Source of the DNA: Escherichia coli
GTDB lineage: Bacteria > Pseudomonadota > Gammaproteobacteria > Enterobacterales > Enterobacteriaceae
Strand: one strand, 5' to 3'
DNA: 64,000 nt
Assembly (NCBI RefSeq): GCF_003018255.1
Contig: NZ_CP027440.1
Below are positions 1 to 7,294 of this stretch, one piece after another. Within the stretch, counting starts at the first letter, position 1. Every line of letters begins with the position of its first letter. The translations under genes and the position numbers were made by a program. The notes below the pieces were generated by a model. That model did no database searches. It saw only the letters and a program-made list of their open reading frames with translations, and was not told the DNA's origin.

Positions 1-394
1 AGTCCGCACGCAACTTCTCGGCAAAACCGCCGCGATTCAAAATCGTCGGCACCGCACCTTGCTCGCAGTTGATCTGATTACCGCTAATACAGGCGTCGCA
101 GTGACCACAGCTACGCGCCGTCCAGCCAATCCCGACACGCTGACCGACCTGCAAACCTTTATCCTGCGCGGCGCTACCCAATGCAACCACGCGCCCAATC
201 ACCTCATGCCCGGCAACCAGCGGATACTGTGAAAATCCCCATTCGTTGTCGATCATCGACAGATCGGAATGGCAGATCCCGCAGTAATCCACCTGAACTT
301 CAACATCTTGTGGCTTCAGTTCACCGGGATCGTACTCATAAACTTCCAGTTCGCCGCCAGCCTCTTTTGCGGCATAACTTTTTATCATCGACAT
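1..394 (-). CDS. ahr: Aldehyde reductase Ahr/YjgB (Zn-dependent alcohol dehydrogenase family), N-terminal part; gene continues past the left window edge
   Basis: Minus-strand translation from ATG (complement of 392-394) reads [54 protein letters not shown]...GHEVIG with no stop before position 1. Absent from the ORF track because it is open-ended. Confidence 0.85.
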   Translation of the reverse strand, partial: MSMIKSYAAKEAGGELEVYEYDPGELKPQDVEVQVDYCGICHSDLSMIDNEWGFSQYPLVAGHEVIGRVVALGSAAQDKGLQVGQRVGIGWTARSCGHCDACISGNQINCEQGAVPTILNRGGFAEKLRAD

Positions 395-589
395 GTTTTT
401 ATCCTTCTCTGGTGTGGTCTGGGAAGTGTAGAGCATGGCAGGGCGGGGCGCCTGGAGTGTGACAAAGGTTACACATCGCGGTATGCAATGCTGAAAATTT
501 CAGCACTTAGCGAGGTGCGAGCAAGCTGGCGCTTGCATGGTGGCGTGCGACAGGTATAATCCACAACGTTTTCCGCATACCTCTTCAGT

Positions 590-674
590 GCCGAAGTGGC
601 GAAATCGGTAGACGCAGTTGATTCAAAATCAACCGTAGAAATACGTGCCGGTTCGAGTCCGGCCTTCGGCACCA
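590..674 (+). tRNA. leuX: tRNA-Leu, anticodon CAA
   Basis: 85-nt GCCGAAGTGGCGAAATCGGTAGACGCAGTTGATTCAAAATCAACCGTAGAAATACGTGCCGGTTCGAGTCCGGCCTTCGGCACCA with a CAA anticodon loop, long variable arm and 3' CCA. A P4-type integrase gene follows immediately downstream. Confidence 0.9.
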
Positions 675-716
675 AGTGATGCAATAATTAGCTACCTAAG
701 GGTGGCTTTTTTTGTG

Positions 717-749
717 TCCATTTCCGTCCAAATTCGTCCATATCCGTTT
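717..749 (+). promoter_or_regulatory. Direct repeats TCCAT(T/A)TCCGT between tRNA and integrase start; candidate integrase arm-type or operator sites
   Basis: tccatttccgtcc (717-729) and tccatatccgttt (737-749) seen directly; function inferred from position. Confidence 0.3.
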
Positions 750-896
750 GTAATTCAAAGGTAATTTATTTTTCCACAATAACCATATTTATTTTGTGGT
801 CTTTCCGTGTTGGTCATTTTTCATCCATTGACATCCACGCGATTTGGGGGCCAAATTGGGGGCTTAGACGTAGTTCGATAATAGTGAGGCCCCCAA

Positions 897-2573
897 ATGG
901 CACTAACAGATCGCGCTATAGTCCACGCCAAGCCTTGTGGCAAGCCGTATAAGCTCAGTGACTCGCATGGACTTTACCTGCTGGTTAACCCTAACGGTTC
1001 AAAACGCTGGTACATCAAGTACCGCTTTGTAAACAAAGAGAAAAAGCTCGCTTTAGGCCCTTATCCGCTTTTGACGCTTGCACAGGCAAGACGCATGCGT
1101 GAAGAGGCACAATTATTGCTGATTTCCGGCATCGATCCGAGTGCACGCCGAAAAGCAGAACGCCTTGCGATAACGCCGGAACATACGTTTGAGTCTGTGG
1201 CACGTGAATGGGTCACCAGTAACGTGAACTGGTCGGCGGAACATAAGAAGCGGGTGCTGCGTTATTTCGAGCTTTACGTATTCCCCACGAACGGCAGCTG
1301 TGACATCACCAAAATGAAGGTCAAAGATCTGCTGGTGCCCATCAAGGAAGTGGAGAAAGCGGGCAAACTGGATGTTGCTTCCCGGCTTCAGCAGCGCACT
1401 GCCTGCGTGATGCGCTACGCCGTCCAGAACGGCATTATCGATCATAACCCTGCATCAGATTTAACCGGCGCGGTCTCCACGCCCAAAGTACGGCATCACC
1501 CGGCGTTGGATCTGAATCTTATCCCTGATTTCCTGGAAAGAATCGACGATTACAAAGGCCGTCAACTGACTCAACTGGCGGTAAAACTGGCACTGCTGCT
1601 GTTTATCCGCTCCAGCGAACTGCGCTTTGCCCGCTGGGATGAAATTGATCTGCGTAACGCCATGTGGACCATCCCCGCTGAGCGTGAGCCGATCCCCGGC
1701 GTTAAATATTCAGCGCGTGGGGCGAAGATGCACTCCCCACACCTGGTCCCATTGTCACGTCAGGCCATCGAACTGCTGCACGAGGTGCGGCAGCATTGCC
1801 GACCGGGAACTGAACTGGTGTTCCCCGGCGATCACAATTACCGCAAGCCGATGAGTGAAAACACCATCAACAAAGCGCTGCGGGTGATGGGCTACGACAC
1901 CCAGAAAGATGTCTGTGGCCACGGTTTTCGCACTATGGCCTGTAGCGCGCTGGTGGAGTCGGGGCTGTGGTCAAGCGACGCGGTAGAGCGCCAGATGAGC
2001 CATCAGGAGCGCAAGCGCGTGCGTGCGGCGTATATCCACAAGGCGCAGCATCTCGAAGAACGTTGGGAGATGATGCAGTGGTGGGCGGATTATCTGGATG
2101 CAAACCGGTTCAGGCATGTTGTGCCGTATGGCTTCAAAAAGTCGCCGGGAGGCGCACTCGACCATATGAGTTTCCAGGAGCGCAATGACCGGCAGCTAGA
2201 GGAGCTGAAAGCCAGAATACTGGCTGACTCGGAATGGCTGACGGCGTCTGAATTATCCGCAAAAGCGGGCTTTCGTTCCGCCGATCCTGATGCTGGTCCG
2301 AAAGGCTGGAAAGCCGCCGGGAAGATATTCTCGCTGAAGGTCGATGGTGAGGATTTATACCCTGATTATGTTCTGGATGAGAAAATGCGGCCTCTCAAGG
2401 TTGTCCGTTTGATTCTTTCACTGTTTAAGGAGCGTAAAACACCGTGGGGGCTGGCTATCTGGTTTGGCTCGGCTAATCGCAGGTTGAGAGGTGGGAGGCC
2501 GAAAGACCTGCTGATTTCGAAGTCAGAGTTGGTTCTGATGGCGGCGCAGGAGGAGGTGGAGTCGGGGGAGTAG
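897..2573 (+). CDS. P4-type tyrosine integrase with an unusual ~140-aa C-terminal extension
   Basis: 558-aa ORF starting MALTDRAIVHAKPCGKPYKLSDSHGLYLLVNPNGSKRWYIKYRF, typical P4/CP4-57-type integrase N-terminus with catalytic-domain motifs (HGFR, RAAY). The ORF runs ~140 aa beyond the usual integrase end (...WADYLDANR). Confidence 0.85.
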   Translation: MALTDRAIVHAKPCGKPYKLSDSHGLYLLVNPNGSKRWYIKYRFVNKEKKLALGPYPLLTLAQARRMREEAQLLLISGIDPSARRKAERLAITPEHTFESVAREWVTSNVNWSAEHKKRVLRYFELYVFPTNGSCDITKMKVKDLLVPIKEVEKAGKLDVASRLQQRTACVMRYAVQNGIIDHNPASDLTGAVSTPKVRHHPALDLNLIPDFLERIDDYKGRQLTQLAVKLALLLFIRSSELRFARWDEIDLRNAMWTIPAEREPIPGVKYSARGAKMHSPHLVPLSRQAIELLHEVRQHCRPGTELVFPGDHNYRKPMSENTINKALRVMGYDTQKDVCGHGFRTMACSALVESGLWSSDAVERQMSHQERKRVRAAYIHKAQHLEERWEMMQWWADYLDANRFRHVVPYGFKKSPGGALDHMSFQERNDRQLEELKARILADSEWLTASELSAKAGFRSADPDAGPKGWKAAGKIFSLKVDGEDLYPDYVLDEKMRPLKVVRLILSLFKERKTPWGLAIWFGSANRRLRGGRPKDLLISKSELVLMAAQEEVESGE

Positions 2574-2735
2574 GAATGGTTACTCAACCCTGAAAGAATG
2601 CGTCCAACTACTCTTTACCCTTCTTTCTTTAATGGAAAATGACGTTTGGAAGGTTGAATAAGGCATCGCATTTCTGGCGGTCTTTTTTTGATCATTTACG
2701 TTGCTTCTTTCTTTATTTGTTCATAACATTGTTTT

Positions 2736-2752
2736 GTTCATGATTCATGAAC
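2736..2752 (+). promoter_or_regulatory. 17-bp palindrome GTTCATGATTCATGAAC upstream of the two-gene NTase cassette; candidate operator
   Basis: Palindrome seen directly, about 20 bp upstream of the start codon at 2757; a near-identical copy lies at 4582-4598. Confidence 0.45.
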
Positions 2753-2756
2753 AGTT

Positions 2757-3770
2757 ATGAGGTGTGAACAAATGAAGGAAGAACAGCTTTTGTCTGATGC
2801 GATAGAGAATCTGCCAAAAGGATTCCATTTGCAGTATGAACATAGCGGTAGACATGGTAAGCACGATGCCTGGGGTAAGCTAACAGGGCCGGATGGTGAG
2901 TCAGTGATATTTGCTCTGGAAGTAAAATTTATCCACCGTAAAGAGTCACTGATGGCTGTTCGCGAACAAATGGTTCGCTTTCCTGCGGATTTTCCTGTGC
3001 TGCTGGTGTGTAACCGCCTGACGTCTGCACTGGCGGAATATTGCGCCGACAGCCAGATCAACTTTATCGATACGGCAGGGAATGCCCGTATCCAGGTTCC
3101 AGGCTTGTATGTGCGGATCGAAGGCCGCTATGAAAAGAAACCCGTTTCCGCCAGCAGTCGTTTTGCTGAAGGGGTGATGAAGCTTCTTTTTGTTTTGCTG
3201 TCTAGCCCAGAGACCCTGAACGAGACTTACCGCAGTCTGGCCGGAAAGGCAGGTATCTCTCTGGGAATGGTCAGCAAGGCTTTTGATTATCTCGAAGCGC
3301 AACGCTATTTCCGCAAATCGAAGAAGGGGCGTCGCTTAATCAATGAAGGCGAGTTAGAGGCTTTGTGGCTGAAAGATTATGCTACAGCTTTGCGCCCTAA
3401 GCTGGATTCGCTTTCTTTATCCGCGCCTGTTTCATGGGATGAGTTGACGCTTGCGTCCGGGGAATACTGGAGCGGCGAGATTGCGGCGGCAAAGCTGAGC
3501 GGAGGATACCTGATACCAGAAAATGGCGTGATTTTTACATCCCATCCGTTGTTACAAAGGCGAAAGGAACTGGGACTAAAACCTGTTCCGGGGGGGAAAC
3601 TACAGCTGATCGCCGGTTTTTGGGGGAACTTTGTACTGAATCACAAAGCCGAGGCGATGCTATGCGTGGCTGAACTGCTGGCAAGCGGGGATGACAGAAA
3701 CTGGGAAACAGCAAGGATAATCAATGACAAATATCTTCACCTTAATGAATCCGATCTCTTCAGCTACTGA
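2757..3770 (+). CDS. Hypothetical protein, first gene of two-gene cassette; possible DNA-binding or antitoxin-like partner of the nucleotidyltransferase
   Basis: 337-aa ORF (alternative start 2772). N-terminal segment PDGESVIFALEVKF resembles a PD-(D/E)xK motif; central segment GISLGMVSKAFDYLEAQRYFRK looks like a helix-turn-helix. Overlaps the downstream gene. Confidence 0.55.
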   Translation: MRCEQMKEEQLLSDAIENLPKGFHLQYEHSGRHGKHDAWGKLTGPDGESVIFALEVKFIHRKESLMAVREQMVRFPADFPVLLVCNRLTSALAEYCADSQINFIDTAGNARIQVPGLYVRIEGRYEKKPVSASSRFAEGVMKLLFVLLSSPETLNETYRSLAGKAGISLGMVSKAFDYLEAQRYFRKSKKGRRLINEGELEALWLKDYATALRPKLDSLSLSAPVSWDELTLASGEYWSGEIAAAKLSGGYLIPENGVIFTSHPLLQRRKELGLKPVPGGKLQLIAGFWGNFVLNHKAEAMLCVAELLASGDDRNWETARIINDKYLHLNESDLFSY

Positions 3771-4533
3771 AACGTTACTGAGTCAGATCAACCGTATTTG
3801 CACCGCTCAGGGGATCCCGTTTTTTATTGCAGGTGCAACGGCTCGTGAAATTCTGCTCCATCATATACACAGCAGAAGTATTGGTCGCCGAACCCGTGAT
3901 ATTGATATTGCCGTCTTTGTGGATAGCTGGCCGAGATTTGATGCGCTTAAAAATGCTTTCCTTGCTGAAGGGGCAGAAGTTGTCCAAGGTAATGCCCATC
4001 GTATGATTGTCAAAGGGATCGAGCTAGATATTATTCCTTTTGGTGGTGTTGCTGAAGGAAATCAAATTGCCTGGCCACCAGAACGTGAGATCATAATGGC
4101 TGTGGATGGATTTGCCGAAGTCTTTTCTCATACCGTAGTTGTGCGGCTGGATAACAGCGAAAATATTCCGTTCTGCTCCTTGCCAGGACTGGCTCTGTTA
4201 AAACTTTTTGCATGGCGTGATCGTGGGCATGGGAGTACTAAAGACGCGACCGATCTCTTTAAGATTATCTGTGAATATGGTGTTATCGAGAATGAACGCA
4301 TCTATGAATCGCCCGTCGAAGGGGAACGCCTGAACTGGGATCCCATACGTATGGGCGCTTTTCTGTTGGGAAGCGATATAGCGACAATTAGTGAACACTC
4401 ATCCTTGCAGGATTTACTCCATCTTGATAAAGAACGCCTGATCGATGTGATAGTACGACAACATGACGTGGGTGATGCTGGGATTGAGCAGATCATCAAT
4501 GATTTCTGGGATGGTATGGCAAGTGATGGTTGA
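3724..4533 (+). CDS. Nucleotidyltransferase-fold protein (Pol-beta superfamily; AbiEii/DUF1814-like or MNT-like)
   Basis: 269-aa ORF with the minimal NTase signature AGATAREILL...RRTRDIDIAVFVD (Gly-rich loop followed by DxD) and a downstream acidic motif GIELDIIPFG. Start codon uncertain; overlaps the upstream gene. Confidence 0.6.
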   Translation: MTNIFTLMNPISSATETLLSQINRICTAQGIPFFIAGATAREILLHHIHSRSIGRRTRDIDIAVFVDSWPRFDALKNAFLAEGAEVVQGNAHRMIVKGIELDIIPFGGVAEGNQIAWPPEREIIMAVDGFAEVFSHTVVVRLDNSENIPFCSLPGLALLKLFAWRDRGHGSTKDATDLFKIICEYGVIENERIYESPVEGERLNWDPIRMGAFLLGSDIATISEHSSLQDLLHLDKERLIDVIVRQHDVGDAGIEQIINDFWDGMASDG

Positions 4534-4581
4534 GGATGTAGTTTTAGATGAAATGTTCACAACAGAGTTTTGTTCATGAAT

Positions 4582-4598
4582 CATGAACGGTATTATTG
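4582..4598 (+). promoter_or_regulatory. Second copy of palindrome GTTCATGAATCATGAAC, part of a ~45-bp direct repeat of the cassette leader
   Basis: 4563-4607 repeats 2721-2772 at roughly 85 percent identity, including the palindrome and a GTGAACAA-ATG start context. Confidence 0.45.
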
Positions 4599-4678
4599 TG
4601 AACAATGGCAGGGCGTAACGCCAACTGCCCGATTAAGATGCGCTTATGTTATCAATAATGCCAGCCCAGAGTCAGTCG

Positions 4679-4797
4679 CGACATCATCAAACTGAAGGTC
4701 AAAGGCTTGCTGGTTCCCATCAAAGATAGTGGAGAACGCAGGTAAACTTGATGTTCCACCTTCCACGGCGCACCGCACCTTCGGCATGATGCGCTAA
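4679..4797 (+). pseudogene. Fragment of a second P4-type integrase gene
   Basis: Nucleotide alignment to 1310-1420 of the intact integrase (gacatcatcaaactgaaggtcaaagg... versus gacatcaccaaaatgaaggtcaaaga...), roughly 75 percent identity with a 1-nt indel. Translates to DIIKLKVKGLLVPIKD then stop. Confidence 0.55.
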
Positions 4798-4840
4798 TAT
4801 TATGGCTATATAGGTATTGAAAAGATAAAATATTATCACT

Positions 4841-5329
4841 ATGGCTAAAAAAACGGCTCCCTTAGTTCCCGGTACTAATCAGTTGCTTGCTGAGTTTGGC
4901 GAACGGCTTAAGCTGGCGCGACTGCGACGTAAGCTCACAGCGAAGCGGGTTGCTGAGCGAGCCGGGATGTCGCCAATGACCTTGCGTTCTCTTGAATCAG
5001 GCGGGACGGGCGTGACAATCGGCGCTTATTTGTCAGTTATGCAGATTTTGGGTCTTGAAAAGGATCTGAACAAACTTGCCGCTGAGGATGAACAGGGACG
5101 CCAACTTCAGGATTCCCGGCTAATAAATAAAACGCGTGTTTCTCGTCCTGCTGCTATCTCTCACACAAACAGGCATACCGGAAACGTGATAAAAAACGAT
5201 GCCTTCGACAAGCAATTCTCGACATCACAAGAAAAATCAATCGATTCTGAAGTTAAAACAGAAGTCGTGACATCTGCATCTCTTGCTGCACTGCTAAAAC
5301 CAATAAAGAAACCCAGAAAAGGTAGCTGA
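4841..5329 (+). CDS. Xre-family helix-turn-helix transcriptional regulator with low-complexity C-terminal tail
   Basis: 162-aa ORF; HTH segment [23 protein letters not shown]; good start context. Confidence 0.6.
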   Translation: MAKKTAPLVPGTNQLLAEFGERLKLARLRRKLTAKRVAERAGMSPMTLRSLESGGTGVTIGAYLSVMQILGLEKDLNKLAAEDEQGRQLQDSRLINKTRVSRPAAISHTNRHTGNVIKNDAFDKQFSTSQEKSIDSEVKTEVVTSASLAALLKPIKKPRKGS

Positions 5330-5692
5330 CACGCTGGAATTTTTGTATTGAAACGAGGGACTATAGATTTCGATAGCAAAAAATAAAGCCTGCTGATGAT
5401 ATGTTTAAAAAATGCCAAAAAATGTACATATGGCGTTGATATGTCGATGCTGTAAACATATTTTGGCGTTATGTCGATAAAACTGGTTTTTTTAAACATA
5501 TCGTCATGCTTAATCCAACCGCTCAATCAGTCTTATATCTGTTATGGAAAATGCTTGTAAAATGGCGCGTTCTGCCATCTGGCAATGTTCATATTTACTG
5601 GCTCGAGGAATATCGTCCCCCCTTAATTTCCATGAAAAGTAATTTTAATTCATTTAGTTATTAATCTTTTCTCCGCTGAGAATATGAATTTT

Positions 5693-5710
5693 TATCCCCT
5701 ATAGGGGATA
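5693..5710 (+). promoter_or_regulatory. Perfect 18-bp palindrome TATCCCCTATAGGGGATA (TATCC-N8-GGATA, HipB-operator-like)
   Basis: Seen directly; it overlaps the first in-frame ATG of the downstream HTH gene, so the second ATG at 5740 is the likely start. Confidence 0.55.
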
Positions 5711-5739
5711 TGCTCAAAATATCTATCCTGGGGGATAAA

Positions 5740-6081
5740 ATGAACGTAACCTCACCCAAAATGTTGTCTCAGGCAATCAGGGATGCACGCAAGCAACGTA
5801 ACCTGACCCAGCGTGAAACTGCAGCAAGTATGGGCATGAAACAGTCAACGGTTTCAGAGTTTGAGAACCATCCTGAGGGGACCAGCCTGGATACGCTCTT
5901 TAAGCTGCTTGCCGCTCTGGACCTTAAGCTTCAGGTCGTAAGCTGGAGGGGTAAAAAAACTCTTCTGATGGCTGGGAGCAGGAGTGGTGATCTGTGGAAA
6001 TATGAACAAAAAGGCCATGGCGCTATCCGGACGGAACCACCATTTTCACTAGCGTACCATCTGGATTTCCAGAGCACATAA
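5740..6081 (+). CDS. HipB-like Xre-family HTH regulator (antitoxin-like), apparently without a HipA kinase partner
   Basis: TQRETAASMGMKQSTVSEFENHPEGTSLDTLFKLLAALDLKLQV resembles the HipB HTH core; GGGGGA ribosome-binding site before ATG 5740; no kinase-length ORF downstream. Confidence 0.6.
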   Translation: MNVTSPKMLSQAIRDARKQRNLTQRETAASMGMKQSTVSEFENHPEGTSLDTLFKLLAALDLKLQVVSWRGKKTLLMAGSRSGDLWKYEQKGHGAIRTEPPFSLAYHLDFQST

Positions 6082-6207
6082 GAGAAGCTATTTTTGCATC
6101 AGTCAGCGCGTATTCCGTAGCCATCTCGGCAGTAGTTGAAACAGTAAAAAATGCCCCTATTTCATGGCTAATTAACCGCTAAATTCCAGCCATGGAGGAA
6201 ACCACCG

Positions 6208-6474
6208 ATGTCACCTCGGACACACCGCCAGCTCGTAAGTGTTGAAGTGATGTGGCCTGCTCAGACGCTACCGCTTCCCCTACAACAGGTAGTCGAAGCA
6301 TTGAATCAGGGCGAAACGCCCGATCAGATTATTATCCGCATGAACCAACGGGGTCTGCTGGCGTGGCGTGAGGATGCATCCGCGCAGGATACACACGATA
6401 TCTTTCAGGTACGTCTGGACAACCAGAATGAGGCGCGATTTCTCTGCCGCTACGTTACGTTGCCGCTGCACTGA
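6208..6474 (+). CDS. Hypothetical small protein (88 aa)
   Basis: ORF preceded by a strong GGAGGA Shine-Dalgarno; no recognisable motif. Confidence 0.4.
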   Translation: MSPRTHRQLVSVEVMWPAQTLPLPLQQVVEALNQGETPDQIIIRMNQRGLLAWREDASAQDTHDIFQVRLDNQNEARFLCRYVTLPLH

Positions 6475-6585
6475 TGCCCCTATCCCGGTAACGCGAAATT
6501 GAAGAGTGCTGTTTATCACCGGATAAATTAATATGCTATAAAATAAAGAGTTAGCAAATGTCGTTTCAGGGATGATGAGTTGTAA

Positions 6586-7239
6586 ATGAAGAAGAAACTG
6601 CCAGACCAGCTTTCCAGGGAATGCATTATTGCGGCTATGCGTGCCTATGATGAAGGTGTACGCCACCAGTTCAGCGAGTCCCGGCTGTATGATGTGGTCT
6701 TTGAAGGGCGCAGTTATCCACCGAAAGCTATAGTCGGTATTGCTGCTTCAAATATGACTGGCGTTGAGTTTTCCCCTGAAGATTTTAGTGGTGGTATCAA
6801 GTCGAAATGCGTCAAGTTGCTTACCGATCAAGGGTTCCAGATCGTTGAGAAACATTTGGGTAACGAGCAGCCCGCCATCAGTATTTTTCCTGATGAACTG
6901 CCACCGCAGAGCGTATTTACTGAAGGTGCAGCTACGCAGGTAACGGTTAATCGCTATGAACGCGACCGTAAGGCCCGACAGGCCGCATTAGCCTGGCATG
7001 GTTGTCTGTGCAAAGTATGTGGTATTGATATGATGAAGGTGTATGGCGAGATAGCGAAAGGTTTTATCCATATACACCACCTGATTCCGCTATCAGACAT
7101 CAAAGAGAATTACTCTCTGGATCCCAAAAAAGATTTTATTCCCGTCTGCCCAAATTGCCACGCCATGTTGCATCGGCGTAATCCGCCTTTTTCGCCTGAA
7201 GAATTGAAATCAATTATTGAATATCATGCGGCTCTTTAG
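6586..7239 (+). CDS. HNH endonuclease with N-terminal domain of unknown function (possible modification-dependent restriction enzyme); paralog of 61354-62004
   Basis: C-terminal HNH motif CKVCGIDMMKVYGEIAKGFIHIHHLIPLSDIK...PVCPNCHAMLHRR; about 60 percent amino-acid identity to the ORF at 61354. Confidence 0.7.
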   Translation: MKKKLPDQLSRECIIAAMRAYDEGVRHQFSESRLYDVVFEGRSYPPKAIVGIAASNMTGVEFSPEDFSGGIKSKCVKLLTDQGFQIVEKHLGNEQPAISIFPDELPPQSVFTEGAATQVTVNRYERDRKARQAALAWHGCLCKVCGIDMMKVYGEIAKGFIHIHHLIPLSDIKENYSLDPKKDFIPVCPNCHAMLHRRNPPFSPEELKSIIEYHAAL

Positions 7240-7294
7240 GTATTAAAGCCCATTCGCTGTAGCTCGGTGGAAGAGAGTATTTTGATATAAATAG

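Noticed and set aside
181-559. Plus-strand ORFs 181-462 and 269-559
   Set aside because: They overlap the minus-strand ahr coding sequence, whose translation matches Ahr/YjgB closely.
469-684. 71-aa minus-strand ORF overlapping tRNA-Leu
   Set aside because: Runs through the tRNA gene; an artefact of open frame across structured RNA.
5330-5700. Possible CRISPR array in the AT-rich repeat-containing intergenic region
   Set aside because: Repeats are short (9-17 bp), irregularly spaced and partly inverted; no regular repeat-spacer periodicity and no cas genes anywhere in the window.
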